A stretch of DNA of 64,000 bases from Octopus vulgaris (GCA_951406725.2 OX597821.1:106578001-106642000); one strand, 5' to 3'; shown: positions 29,011-44,120, counted from the first letter of the stretch. Numbers and translations: made by a program. Notes: a model not told the origin generated them from the sequence alone.

Positions 29011-31660
29011 CATCATCATCATCATCATCGTGGGCGTTAGCGTCCGTTTTCCGTGCTAGCATGGGTTGGACGGTTCTACTGGGGTCTGTGAAGCCAGAAG
29101 GCTTCATCAGGCCCAGTCAAATCTGGCAGTGTTTCTACGGCTGGATGCCCTTCCTAACGCCAACCACTCCGTGAGTGTAGTGGGTGCTTTTTACGTGCCA
29201 CCCGCACAGGTGCCAGACAGAGCTGGCGAACGGCCACGAACGGATGGTGCTTTTTATGTGCCACCGTACACACGCATCATACAGTCTGCCTTTCACTCTG
29301 TGCGAGAGGCCTTTTGTCACCAGCAGAGGTAAGAGCTCTCTGAACTTTGCCCAAGCTATTCTTACTCTAGCAGTTATACTTTCAGCACACCCGCCCCCGC
29401 TGCTGACTTGGTCACCTAGGTAACGGGAACTATCAACTATTTCTAGTTTTTCTCCCTGGAAAGTGACGGAAGTTGGTCTCAGAGCATTTTCAGTGTTTAT
29501 TGTTCCTGAGCATCTGCCAAATACAAAAACCATCTTCCTAGTTAGCCTTCCTTTGACATTGCTGCATCTCTTATGTTTCCATAGCTTACACTTGGTGCAT
29601 CTTATAGAGTTTCTACCTACACCTTTTCTACAGATCGAGCAGGGCCATCTACCTGATGGCGTTTGTGATTTGTCTACCTTCCTACTGATTACGACTTTGG
29701 TTTTAGCTAGATTGACTCTGAGGCCCTTCGATTCCAATCCCTCCTTCCACACCTGAAACTTCTCCTCCAGTTCTGATAGCGACTCAGCAATTAGAGCAAG
29801 GTCATCAGCATAGAGGAGCTCCCAAGGGCATCCTGTCTTGAATTCCTCCGTTATTGACTGGAGGACTATGATAAATAGGAGGGGGCTGAGTACTGAGCCT
29901 TGGTGGACCCCTACCTCTACCCGGAATTCTTCACTGTACTCGTTTCCAACCCTCACCCTACTAGCAGCGTCCCTATACATGGCCCGCATAGCTCTCACTA
30001 ACCATTCATCTATCCTTAGTTTCCTCATTGCCCACCAGATAAGGGATCGGGGGACCCTGTCGAAGGCTTTCTCCATGTCAACAAAAGCCAGGTACTGGGG
30101 CTTATCTTTGGCTAGGTATTTCTCCTGCAGCTGCCTTACCAGGAATATAGCATCAGTAGTACTTTTCCCTGGCACAAACCCAAACTGCATCTCATCTAAA
30201 CTAACTCTCTCTCTAATTAGTTGGGCTATGACCCTCTCCGTAACCTTCATCACCTGATCCAACAGCTTGATACCTCTGTAGTTATTTGTATCTAGTGTGT
30301 CACCTTTACCTTTGTAGCAGTTGACTATTATGCTGCTACACCAGTCGTTGGATATGACTCCTTTGTGTATCACCTGATTAACTATACGGGTGACTAGGCT
30401 ATAGCCGACACTACCAGACATTTTGAGCATCTCTGCAGTGATTCCTGATGGGCCTGGGGCTTTTCCTGTCTTCATACTTGCCTTAGCTACCACGGAACTA
30501 TCAACTCGGATAGTTGGTCCCTCTGTTGGGTCAACATTCGGCAGACTCTCTTTATCCCATTCATTTTCTTTATTCAGCAACCTTTCATAGTGGCATCTTC
30601 AAACCTCTCTCTTTGCATCCTCATTTAGTGCAAGTGAACCATCTACCATGCGAACACACTTCTCTCCTACCACATCACGATTCTCTCTCACACACTGTCT
30701 TGCAACGCGAAACACCTCCAGTCTTTGGTCCTCACGGCACAGAACATTGGCAAATTTTTTCTTATCTGCTTCCCCTCTGGCTAAATAAACCTGTCTCCTA
30801 GCTTCTCTTTTGGCAGTCTGATACAATTCCCTGCTACCCCCATTTTTCCAGACCTTCCAAGCCTGTCTCTTTTCTCTAATAGCCCTGTCTACAATATTGT
30901 TCCACCACCACGTTATTCTAGGTCGAGAGGGGACTTTGCACCAGCCACAGATCTGGTCAGTGGCTCTCAGCAGGTTGTCCCTTAGAAACGTCCAGCTGTC
31001 ATCTACCCCCTGTGATGCTCTATCCCCTTCTACTTCGTCAGAGGCTTCAAGTAATATGTCCCTAAATCTCTGTCCATTTGCAGGATCTTTGTGTTTCCAG
31101 ATCTTTCTTCTCCATGTTGGTCGTCTTCTGGTTGTCCTCCTAGTCCTGATCCTAAAGTCACTAACTACCAGTCTATGCCGTGGGGTACATTCTTAACCTG
31201 GTAATGTTTTGGCATTTATAAGCAGCCATCTCTCCCTTTGCCTTGCAAGGATGTAGTCAATTTGGCTGGTATGTTGGCCTGATCGGTAAGTGACTAGGTG
31301 GCTGGTAGGTTTCCTGAAGTTAGTGTTGCAAATCATAAGATTATTTGCATCGCAGAACTCCAGCAGCCTGGTTCCCTCCTCGTTGCGGGAGCCATAGCCA
31401 TAGCCTCCATGTACGCCATAGAAGCCCCCAGCATGTCGTCCAACGTGACCATTGAAGTCACCAGCCACAAAGATAAGGTCTCTGTCGTTCGTCAACGAGG
31501 TAGTCTGCAGTAGAGTGTCATAGAATCGGTCTTTCTATCCATCGGATAGCCCCGACTGAGGAGCATAGGCTGATATAATGGTTGCTAAACTATGATGAAG
31601 CACTAATCTAATCTTAAGCATTCTGTCACATACTCTGATTACCTCAATTACTTTATCTAT
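29011..31660 (-). mobile_element. RTE-clade LINE (APE endonuclease + RT), disrupted
   Basis: AGDFNGHVG and SQIDYIL (APE); QFGF, GVHQGSVLSP, YADD (RT); Cys-rich insert CSIC..CTKC..HKRC; (GAT)n tail. Confidence 0.92.
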
Positions 31661-31667
31661 TATATAT

Positions 31668-31740
<73 letters not shown>

Positions 31741-31974
31741 TATAATTGTTAAAGGAACTAAAGTCTTTTAAAAGGTTGATAATGACTTGCTTTTGAATTC
31801 CTTCCGGAGTATATATCCAATTCACTGGTTATGAATATGGGATTTTATTTCTGAAATGAAAGAATTGGGTAAGGAAAAAGATGTAGGTAGGAGTTTCTAT
31901 TTTGATTTCGAAAAGTATTTAATTAAAAACATCAGTACGTAAAATTTTTATCCACCGTTTTCATTTTCTTTTGT

Positions 31975-32150
<176 letters not shown>

Positions 32151-32235
32151 TGTATGTATATATAGGCAGTTATGTTTATAGACAAATTGGACACATAAAA
32201 TATATCAAATATATTGAACATCAAATACAATATAT

Positions 32236-32652
32236 CTCTTTTTTACTCTTTTACTCTTTTACTTGTTTCAGTCATTTGACTGCGGCCATGCTGGAGCACC
32301 GCCTTTAGTCGAGCAAATCGACACCGGGGCTTATTCTTTGTAAGCCCAGTACTTATTCTATCTGTCTCTTTTGCCGAACCGCTACGTGACGGGGACGTAA
32401 ACACACCAGCATCGGTTGTCAAGCAATGCTAGGGGGACAAACACAGACACACAAACATATACACACACACTTATATATATATATATATACGACAGGCTTC
32501 TTTCAGTTTCCGTCTACCAAATCCACTCACAAGGCATTGGTCGGCTCGGGGCTATAGCAGAGGACACTTGCCCAAGATGCCACGCAGTGGGATTGAAACC
32601 GGAACAATGTGGTTGGTTAGCAAGCTACTTACCACACAGCCACTCCTGCGCC
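32236..32652 (-). mobile_element. SINE family A, full length
   Basis: Matches 332-760. Confidence 0.85.
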
Positions 32653-33222
32653 TATATATATATATATACATATAGATATGCATTATTGCAGAACGAGAGT
32701 AAGGAAGAGATTGAAACTTTAAGCTGATGCGTTTGTATGTGCTTCAGGTTTTCTTGAACATTGCACCGTCTTTCACATCTCTCAAGTCTCCTCAGCTCAC
32801 CAAAACCTTTCATCCTTCGATTGACTATTTAGGAGATATATATACGCAATGAATCTGGAAAACCCACCACAAAGTGTCGGGGAAACTAGGAAAGGTGATT
32901 TTAAATGTTTCATTACCTGAAAGAAACAGTTGATTAGACACAATATAAGCAAGCAATTACATACGGATAATATCCATCCCACATTCGGGTTTACTTTAGA
33001 GTAAACAGTAGTTAATAAAAATTACAATAAAGGTGTGGTTATATTACGTATCCACTTATTAGTATTAATGGATATAGTAGAGTAGTGGTCATAAAACATT
33101 AGAAAAAAGCAAACACCCAGTGATAAACACTAAATAAAAATACACATATATTTCGCTCCTTCTGCATTTAGGAAAATTCAATTATTCTCATAATCATTTG
33201 AGTTTCATCAACAAAGACAGTA

Positions 33223-34275
33223 ATGGAAGCATCTAAATCGAGCCCCAAAATATCAGATACACATTCAGTTAACATAAGAACGGAAGACAACTCTCTCAAA
33301 ACCATAAATGAGAGCCTTTGCAAGGCTACCCTCTTGAAACTCAGACGTCTTGCAATTGTATGTTCGATTCCTTCTAAAATGAGTTTAGAAATTTGGAAAA
33401 AGTCTGAGGTGAAAACACGAATTCTGTATTTATGCCGCCCTCTAATCTATTTAATTTCAGCGTTTGATATTTTACATTTTATATGGTTTATTGTAGCAAG
33501 TTATACATCAAAGTATAATGAATATATATTAGGAAAATGCTTTATGCTCGTGATGAAGATGTGTCCAGGTATATTAACAGTTATCGTTACCTGGAAACGA
33601 ACACACGCCAACGCTTTAATCGATGATATTCTAACTTATATTCCGATATGCCAAAGTAATACGGTAAAGAAGATTTACCGTAAATTTGGAGCATGTAATA
33701 TTTTAAGCAATGCATGTACTAATATTCTCATATCCGCTATATACCAAATTATTTTACCATTAATTTTAACTGATCCGGAATATTTTTTGGAGAACTTAGC
33801 TTTTCCATTATCACGGCAGAATAGTTATTTTGTATTTATGTTAATAATGAATTTCTCGCGAAATATATGGAATATTATGCTTTATTTGCCATTTGAGATG
33901 TTATGCACAGAATTGACATCAATATTCACAGAAGAATTTAAGTATTTATCGGAGTCGCTCAGAAAATCTATAGAGGAAGATCAAGATTCCAAAAGAGAAA
34001 TATTTCGGAGAAGCATAAATCTCAATAAAAAACTAAATGAAATAATTAACCAACATACTAGACTGAGCCTATTGACGAAAGGCATGAACTCGGTATTTCA
34101 GTTTTGTAATGGCCAGATTGTATTAATCTTTCTCATTATCTGCTGTATTATATCTTATGAAATAGCGAATGAATTAGTCTACCAGAAAGGCTACGTACTA
34201 CAGGTTATATCGGGAATAATGACTGCACTGTATTGTTTACATCTGATATACAGAGGACTGGTGTTTAACTCGCAG
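33223..34275 (+). CDS. Grl-like variable exon V5, TM1-TM6, subfamily B
   Basis: 351 codons, CAG|GTAAGT donor at 34276 (phase 0); acceptor TCCTTCTGCATTTAG ending 33171. Confidence 0.82.
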
Positions 34276-34558
34276 GTAAGTATCACTTTTCTGTATTTAT
34301 TCTAAGAAAATCGTTCAAAACCGAGGAGTTAATTTTCTGTTTATGATCATGATTATCTCCATATCTGCTTACTTGGATTCACCTTATTGTCACTCATAAC
34401 ACCGCTGAGAGAGATGTAGAAGATTATGTTCTAATCCTTGGAGCACCTCAAAAGATTTTCTATATATGTATGTATGTATGTATATATATGTGTATGTATG
34501 TATGCATGTATATATGTATGTATATATATATGTATATGTATAATACACACACAGACAG

Positions 34559-34593
<35 letters not shown>

Positions 34594-35211
34594 CATACGT
34601 AATGAATAATACTTAAATATGTGTTATCATTAAATGAACGCGCCGTATCCATTCCCAACTAAGTGTATATATATATATATATATACATTTAGATATGCAT
34701 TGTTGCAGAACGAGAGTAAGGAGGAGATTGAAAATTTAAGATGATGCGTTTGTATGTGCTTCTAGTTTTCTTGAACATTGCACCGTCTTTCACATCTCTC
34801 AAGTCTCCTCAGCTCGCCAAAACATTTCATCCTTCGACTTACTAACGCCCGTCTATTTAGGAGATATATATATATACGCCATGAATCTGGAAAACCCACC
34901 CCAAAGTGTCGGGGAGACTCGAGAAGATGTATTTTTAAATGTTTCGTTACCTGAAAGTAACAGTTGATTAGACACAATATAAGCAAGAATTTAGTTACGG
35001 ATAATATCCATCCCACATTCAGGTTTACTTTAGATTAAACAGTAGTTAATAAAAATTACCATAAAGGTGTGGTTATATTACGTATCCACTTATTAATATT
35101 AATGGATATAGTAGAGTAGTGGTCATAAAACATTAGAAAAAAGCAAACACCCAGTGATAAACACTAAATAAAAATACACATATATTTCGCTCCTTCTGCA
35201 CTTAACTACAG

Positions 35212-35283
35212 GTTATTACGGGAATAATGATTGCACTGTATCATCTATGTCTGATATACAGTGGACTGGTGCTTAATTCGCGT
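35212..35283 (+). pseudogene. Internally deleted variable exon (72-nt remnant, TM6 only)
   Basis: Upstream flank fused to the last 24 codons VITGIMIALYHLCLIYSGLVLNSR followed by GTAAGT. Confidence 0.8.
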
Positions 35284-35468
35284 GTAAGTATCACTTTTCT
35301 GTACTTATTCTCAGAAAATCGTTCAAAACAGAGGAGTTAATATTCTGTTTATGATCATGATTATCTCCATATCTACTTACTTGGATTCACCCTATTGCCA
35401 CTCAAAACACCACTGAGAGAGATCTAGAAGATTATGTTCTAATCATTGGAGCACCTCAAAAGATTTTC

Positions 35469-35502
<34 letters not shown>

Positions 35503-35706
35503 TGTATGTATGTATGTATGTATGTATGTATGTATGTATGTGTGTATGTATGCATGTATATATATGCATGTAAGTATATATATATATATAATACACACAC
35601 AAACACACATACACACACACACATATATATATATACATATGTATTGAATAATACTTATATATGTGTTATCATTTAACTGAGCGCGACGTATCCATTCCCC
35701 AGTAAG

Positions 35707-35752
<46 letters not shown>

Positions 35753-36306
35753 GATATGCATTATTGCAGAACGAGAGTAAGGAAGAGATTGAAACTTTAA
35801 GATGATGCGTTTGTATGTGCTTCTAGTTTTCTTGAACATTGCACCGTCTTTCACATCTCTCAAGTCTCCTCAGCTCACCAAAACCTTTCATCCTTCGACT
35901 GACTATTTAAGAGATATATATTCGCCATGAATCTGGAAAACACACCCCAAGGTGTCGGGGAGACTCGAGAAGGTCATTTTAAATGTTTCATTACCTGAAA
36001 GAAACAGTAACAGTTGATTAGACACAATATAAGCAAGCAATTACATACGGATAATATCCATCCCACATTCAGGTTTACTTTAGAGTAAACAGTAGTTAAT
36101 AAAAATTACCATAAAGGTGTGGTTATATTACGTATCCACTTATTAATATTAATGGATATAGTAGAGTAGTGGTCATAAAACATTAGAAAAAAGCAAACAC
36201 CCAGTGATAAACACTAAATAAAAATACACATATATTTCGCTCCTTCTGCATTCAGGAAAATTCAATTATTCTCATAATCTTTTGAGTTTCATCAACAAAG
36301 ACAGTA

Positions 36307-37359
36307 ATGGAAGCATCTAAATCGAGCCCCAAAATATCAGAAACACATTCAGTTAACATAAGAACGGAAGACAGCTCTCTCAAAACCATAAATGAGAGCC
36401 TTTGCAAGGCTTCCCTCTTGAAACTCAGACGTCTTGCAATTGTATGTTCTATTCCTTCTAAAATGAGTTTAGAAAATTGGAAAAAGTCTGAGGTGAAAAC
36501 ACGAATTCTGTATTTATGCCTCCCTCTAATCTATTTAATTTCAGCGTTTGATATTTTACATTTTATATGGTTTTTTATAGCAAGTTATACATCAAAGTAT
36601 AATGGATATATATTAGGAAAATGCTTTATGCTCATGATGAAGATGTGTCCAGGTATATTAACAGTTATCGTTACCTGGAAACGAACACACGCCAACGCTT
36701 TAATCGATGATATTCTAACTTATATTCCGATATGCCAAAGTAATACAGTAAAGAAAATTTACCGTAAATTTGGAGCATGTAATATTTTGAGCAATGCATG
36801 TACTAATATTCTCATAACCGCTATATACCAAATTATTTTACCATTAATTTTAACTGATCCGGAATATTTTTTGGAGGACTTAGCTTTTCCATTATCACGG
36901 CAGAATAGTTATTTTGTATTTATGTTAATAATGAATTTCTTGCGAAATATATGGAATATTATGCTTTTTTTGCCATTTGGGATATTATGCACAGAATTGA
37001 CATCAATATTCACAGAAGAATTTAAGTATTTATCAGAGACGCTCAGAAAATCTATAGAGGAAGATCAAGATTCTAAACAACAAATATTTCGGAGAAGAAT
37101 AAATCTCGATAAACAACTAAATGAAATAATTAACCAACATACTAGACTGAGCCTATTGACGAACGGCATGAACTCGGTATTTCAGTTTTGTAATGGCCAG
37201 ATTGTATTACTCTTCCTCATTATCTGCTGTATTATATCTTATGAAATAGCGAATGAATTAGTCTACCAGAAAGGCTACGTACTACAGGTTATTACGGGAA
37301 TAATGACTGCACTGTATTATCTATATCTGATATACAGTGGACTTGTGCTTAATTCGCGT
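36307..37359 (+). CDS. Grl-like variable exon V6, TM1-TM6, subfamily B
   Basis: 351 codons, GTAAGT at 37360 (phase 0); acceptor TCCTTCTGCATTCAG ending 36255; 29 aa differences from V5. Confidence 0.82.
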
Positions 37360-37544
37360 GTAAGTATTACTTTTCTATATTTATTCTAAGAAAATCATTC
37401 AAAACCGAGGAGTTAATATTCTGTTTATGATCATGATTATCTCCATATCTGCTGACTTGGATTCACCCTATTGTCACTCAAAACACCGCTAAGAGAGATG
37501 TAGAAGATTACGTTCTAATCTTTGGAGCACCCCAAAAGATTTTC

Positions 37545-37578
<34 letters not shown>

Positions 37579-37758
37579 TGTATGTATGTATGTATGTATG
37601 TATATATGTATGTATATGCATGTATGTATATATATATAATACACACACAAACACACAGACACACACACACATATATATATATACATATGTAATGAATAAT
37701 ACTTATATATGTGTTATCATTTAACTGAACCCGACGTATCCATTCCTAAGTAAGTTTG

Positions 37759-37810
<52 letters not shown>

Positions 37811-38271
37811 GATATGCATTGTTGCAGAACAAGATTAAGGAAGAGATTGAAACTTTAAGATGATGCGTTTGTATGTGCTTCTAGTTTTCTTGAACATTGC
37901 ACCGTCTTTCACATATCTCAAGTCTCCTCAGCTCACCAAAACCTTTCAACTTTCGACTGACTATTTAAGAGATATATACACGCCATGAATCTGGAAAACC
38001 CACCCCAAGGTGTCGGGGAGACTCGAGAAGGTGATTTTAAATGTTTCATTACCTGAAAGAAACAGTTGATTAGACACAATATAACACCGCTGAGAGAGAT
38101 GTAGAAGATTATGTTCTAATCCTTGGAGCACCTCAAAAGATTTTCTATATATGTATGTACGTATGTATGTCTGTCTGTCTGTCTGTATGTATGTATGTAT
38201 ATATGTATGTATGTATGTGTGTCTGTATGTATGCATGTGTATATGTATATAAATATATAATACACACACAG

Positions 38272-38310
<39 letters not shown>

Positions 38311-38378
38311 CATATGTAATGAATAATACTAATATGTGTTATCATTTAACTGAACGCGACGTATCCATTCCCAAGTAA

Positions 38379-38504
<126 letters not shown>

Positions 38505-38514
38505 GTATATATAC

Positions 38515-40894
38515 TTTACGTAAAAGCAGCAGAAAGTTAACAAATCCTGTTACTTGGTGTTTCACGTTCCCGTTCGTCGGACAGTTTTGTTAAAATAGAA
38601 CCGAAATGACAATTTGATCAAAACTAGCATAAACAATACACCTTTAAAAATGGATTTGTTTCATTTGTCCTTTCAAATAACGGTCATATGCGAGCGATAA
38701 ACAAAATAAACAAAACAAAATAAATGTGTTCAATATAACATTATAAAAATCGAAGAGTTGATTCAAATACATATTGTCATTAATTACGTTGAAAATATAA
38801 TTCGATTAATACAATTAATACTTAAAAATTGAAATTATAATATATTAAAATATTTCGCGACAGTATATACTCATACTAAACCATCAATATACATGTATAC
38901 ATCAAAATACACAGATAGATGTGCGTAGACCACATGCAAATACAGACATACAAATGCAAAACGAAAATATGCACACAAATACATGTACACATATGCATAC
39001 GCAATCTTGCTCGCATGCAAAAATCACTTGGTGTATACATATAGACTAGAAGTTAAACTCAGAGAGGGGGAAGAAACGAAAAGGTAACGATCTTATGAGC
39101 AACAGAAAGTTAAAAACGTGAGTAAGAGACGCATGCTTAGAAATACGCATGCTTAGAAATGTACATAGACGCATGCTTAGAAATACATATGCATCCCAAT
39201 ACAAATATACACGTAAAAACACGTCTAGGTTCTGACAACATTAGTTTTTAAAAATTGCTGAGTGCATATTAATAAAAATTTGAGATAAAAGACATGCAAA
39301 ATATAACACCCTATGTTGGATTATCTATAAATTACATGACCAAAGTGGGTTTATACAATAAAATAAAATGAAATAAACTAAGTCGAAGGTTTTTTCTTAA
39401 GAAATATATCGAAATATATAAAAAATATATAAAAAAACTTTGCGATGCTGAATAAAACATTCACAATACGAAACGAATCCAACAGTGTGATCAAAAACTA
39501 GTCCAAGAATCAAAAAATCAAAAAACAAAATATACGCTATCCATATAGGATATTGATATTCGACATTTCGAATTTGGTTGCATATCTGCATGAGTTCAAG
39601 AGTTCGCTTCTTTGATTCAAAGAATTAATGTCTTGGAATATGATATAATATTTCTCTAGCAAACAAAGGTCACACTTGAAATTCCTCCTATGCGCACGGT
39701 GCCTGTATGGTGCCGCTCTATCTAGAATACTCCATGACACGTTGAAAGGTCGGGCTTCTTTTTCTTTTAATTCCCAGACATATTTCGCCAAGCTGGATTT
39801 CGTCTTATTTTCTGGGTATCGAAAGGAATTTTTGTGCGAATAAAATCGGGTTTTAAATGAATTTTCAGAAGCCCCAGTATAAGTCCTATATTCAGGTGAG
39901 CCTTCTATTTGCATCTTGGCTCTATATACGACTCCTTTTTCCAAACATTTCCCTTCCAACGGATAGGAGAATCCATCTTTGCAATTACATTTTTTAAGAG
40001 GATCGGTACTATGCTTATTATCAATTAATTTACTGTTGTGTTGGTTAACGTAAGAGGCGAAGTTCCTGCAGCAAGAATAGCTGATCTTAAGGGTTCTTCT
40101 ATTAAATATTCTATAAAATTCATGGTCCTGTTGAAAATGCCTAGAGACTAATTTCAAGAATTCCCTACCTATATTTGTTTTTACGGCCAAATTGAAAACT
40201 GGGTTGAACCTCAAAACTTTCCTGGTCCTAGTTCTACGTGTAACATTACTACTAGCATTAAGTTGGTCATACTGGATCTTCTCAGAAAATCCACTATTCC
40301 TTAATGCGCTATCGTAATAAGGTGCAGTATTATGGAATGCTGCGTCATCCGAATAAATTGACGATATTCGTCTACCTACATTGCTGACTAAGTTCCTAAG
40401 AATAACTGGCGTATGATTTGATTCTTTGCTAATATACGATAGCTTATCATTAGGCTTACGTTAAGGTTTAAATCTATCCGAACTTAAATCCAAATTTACA
40501 TCTAAAAAATCTACATTTCAGGTTAGTATCTATCGTAAACCGTAAGTCCATCATTTGGAAGAAAGCAATAAGGTCCTTCCCAAGTTTATCTGATTCATGG
40601 CAGTTTAAATTATGGGTGGCTACAAGGCCGTCATCCCTATATAAACCTGCATCAATAAACGGGAATTCTAGGTTTAGATTATGTAGAATATAGGCTCCTA
40701 TGAACATACATCACACAGCCCCGTCGTATGTCCCCATCGGTACATCGAAAAGAGAATCTTCACTCTTCCTAACCCAGGTGGAATCCTCAAAAAAAAAAAA
40801 AGAAATGATTTCCTCCCATGTATGTTAATATCAATTTCCGACTTATTGATGTTGACATACTGTTTGGCGAAGTCTAATGCCCTCAGAAGTAAAG

Positions 40895-40895
<1 letters not shown>
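38515..40895 (-). mobile_element. Penelope-like element (RT fragment + GIY-YIG + long 3-prime region)
   Basis: AGLYRDDGL (RT); GVVYRAK..YTGASENSFKTRFYSH and CDLCLLEK (GIY-YIG region). Confidence 0.88.
38542..38588 (-). ncRNA. Hammerhead-like motif at PLE end (variant core CCGACGA)
   Basis: Reverse complement CTGT-CCGACGA-ACG GGAA CGT-GAAA-CACCAA-GTA-ACAG; second copy on + at 59003-59049. Confidence 0.5.
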
Positions 40896-40969
<74 letters not shown>

Positions 40970-41823
40970 TAATTTTAAAAATGAAGATAAAGACGTGTTG
41001 TTATATTTCTCCTTATACTTTCTAATTCTTCATCTTTCCAAAATATTTTATTCTATTGAGCTCTACCATTTCCTTCTATTTAACGCTCTTATATCGTCTC
41101 TCATGATGGTACATCATTTATATACTTCAAACAACGGTAAGACTACCATTGTCTTCATAAATTTCCTAGAAATTTCAGACTGCATTGGTTTTGCAGTCTC
41201 ATTTTTTAAAAACATATATATCTGTAATAATAAATGTCAAGTGTGGGTGTGTTTGTGACGTTGTTACTTTAACTCCTTCCAGATTATCAAACGGACGTTG
41301 ATGAAACCTGACTCGTGAGGCGGGGTGCGCATTTAGAATTTTGTAAAAAGTCAATTTTTAAACAGCATGAATTTTTCAAACATCGTAAAATTTCAGTATT
41401 TTTCGTATTAGACATCATGACATCAATTTGATGAACAATGGCGAAATATGAGGAAATGTTTCATGAGTATGAACAGATAGCTTATTAACGGTAATATATT
41501 TAGCATTTGCTAAATCTTCATTCCAACGCGAATTGTTTGGATTAGCTAAATCTTATTATTCCAATACGTTGTATTATTTCCACAGCGTTTCAGATTTTGA
41601 TTAGGTAAGAACATATTATTTTTCAAGCAAAATTTAGGCATTTTTGCGCACTAACCTTCGAGACATCAATTTAACGAAATTTGCCCCAAAGAGTAAAATT
41701 TCGCCATTCTACTCATGCACAAAATCACGAGGACAAGAATTTGCTACCGTATTCTGCACAGTTTTGGTAAATTTCTCCTACACATTTATATAGATTTTAT
41801 ATTTTTGAAAAACTTTTTGAAAA

Positions 41824-41860
<37 letters not shown>

Positions 41861-42196
41861 TATATATATACCTATATATATATGCATACATACATACATA
41901 TATATGCATGTATGTGTGTGTGTGTGTGTCCGCGTATGTGTTTATATCACTTAAATATTCAAGGACCTAAAGTCCCTTAAAGCGTTGATAAATGAATTCC
42001 TTTTGAAATTCTTTCTGAGGATATACCCAATTCACTGGTTTCGAATATAGAATTTTATTATGAAGTTAAGGAAATGGGTAAGGAAACAGATGTAGGTGGG
42101 GTATTCTAGTATGACTTTGCATGTATTTAAATAAAAGCATAATTTTTTTGTTTATTATGTTAATAATAATAATAACACTAATGATAATAATAATAT

Positions 42197-42238
<42 letters not shown>

Positions 42239-42275
42239 TTACACGTTTCATGATGCCCTCTCCTGCGCCAACATA

Positions 42276-42322
<47 letters not shown>

Positions 42323-42402
42323 ATAAAACGGTAAGATAACAAAAGAAAGAAAGAGACCTCAATATTATGTAAATAGAGGAAATTTATCTATACAATATGT
42401 TA

Positions 42403-44120
42403 CATTACTCGGTAGTCAAGATAAAACTCTGAGTTTCAGATGCCGAAGTGGAAATCCACAACACCATCTCTTCGGTTATCTGGCTATTTGAAAACGTTAT
42501 GAAAAAATACCGTTAAAAATGAAGGGAAATTACTCTGTTATAACTCTGCTTTGCCTGCGTACTTATACATCGCTCGCATTTTTCGTCATAAAAATTATAT
42601 AAAAATACATAAAAATATATAAAAATATATAAAAAATATATAAAATCTTCTTGGGACATAACACAGAAAGCATGTTCTATCCGTTTTCTTTAGGGGACCA
42701 AAAACGTAACAGAAATTTAGTCACATGTGGGCATGATCCGAAAAGCTCTGTCCTTGTATTTAGACATGTGGTAGGGTTAAGCTGCTTTTCCAGATAAGCC
42801 ATCTCTCCATGTCGCATAAACCGCACCTTCCGCTGCCGTTAGTATAGGGCTTACATCTGGCCAAAATCTTCCATTGTATGTTATAATCGACACCTTTATC
42901 TCTTAAAGACCAAATATGATTGGATAATTGTGTCGCTTTTCTTTTGTTCCAGTGCCTAAAGCTCAAAGTGTGGTTATTGAACCTGGCCTTGAAATTACCC
43001 TCTGTCAGGCCCACGTATTTCTTCGTCGAAACGGTGTCTTTAGTGGTTATAGAGTTTACGGTAGCTTCATATATGATGGTCTTGGACATGCAAGCTCCAT
43101 TTAGCGGGCACAATTCTTTATTCCTGCATGAACAGCTGTTTTCTTCTTGTGTTTTTTGTATGTTATGATTGATTATATTTTTAAAATTAGTAGTTGAACT
43201 AAAACTAATTTTTAAATTGTGTCTATTGAAGAGTTTCCTATAAGCATGGTTAACTGGAAAATGTCTATCTATCAGTGCTAGGAAATATTTACCTATATTG
43301 AAGGCCACCTCGGGTGAGTAGTTCAACTACCAATTTTAAAAACATAATCAATCATAACATACAAAAAACACAAGAAGAAAACAGCTGTTCATGCAGGAAT
43401 AAAGAATTGTGCCCGCTAAATGGAGCTTGCATGTCCAAGACCATCATATATGAAGCTACCGTAAACTCTATAACCACTAAAGACACCGTTTCGACGAAGA
43501 AATACGTGGGCCTGACAGAGTGTAATTTCAAGGCCAGGTTCAATAACCACACTTTGAGCTTTAGGCACTGGAACAAAAGAAAAGCGACACAATTATCCAA
43601 TCATATTTGGTCTTTAAGAGATAAAGGTGTCGATTATAACATACAATGGAAGATTTTGGCCAGATGTAAAGCCCTATACTAACGGCAGCGGAAGGTGCGG
43701 TTTATGCGACATGGAGAGATGGCTTATCTGGAAAAGCAGCTTAGACCCTACCACATGTCTAAATACAAGGACAGAGCTTTTCGGATCATGCCCACATGTG
43801 ACTAAATTTCTGTTACGTTTTTGGTCCCCTAAAGAAAACGGATAGGACATGCTTTCTGTGTTATGTCCCAAGAAGATTTTATATATTTTTATATATTTTT
43901 ATATATATTTTTATGTATTTTTATATAATTTTTATGACGAAAAATGCGAGCGATGTATAAGTACGCAGGCAAAGCAGAGTTATAACAGAGTAATTTCCCT
44001 TCATTTTTAACGGTATTTTTTCATAACGTTTTCAAATAGCCAGATAACCGAAGAGATGGTGTTGTGGATTTCCACTTCGGCATCTGAAACTCAGAGTTTT
44101 ATCTTGACTACCGAGTAATG
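42403..44120. mobile_element. Penelope-like 3-prime fragments in inverted arrangement (~800-bp arms, ~117-bp spacer)
   Basis: 42403-43201 is the near-identical reverse complement of 43319-44120; both encode GIY-YIG (IIYEATV..KYVGLTE..FKARFNNH). Confidence 0.92.
44041..44106 (+). ncRNA. Hammerhead-like motif at PLE end (mirror copy 42415-42480 on -, related copy 46046-46110)
   Basis: AGATAA-CCGAAGA-GATG...CATC-TGAAA-CTCAGAG-TT-TTATCT; the 46046 copy has core CTGAAAA. Confidence 0.5.
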
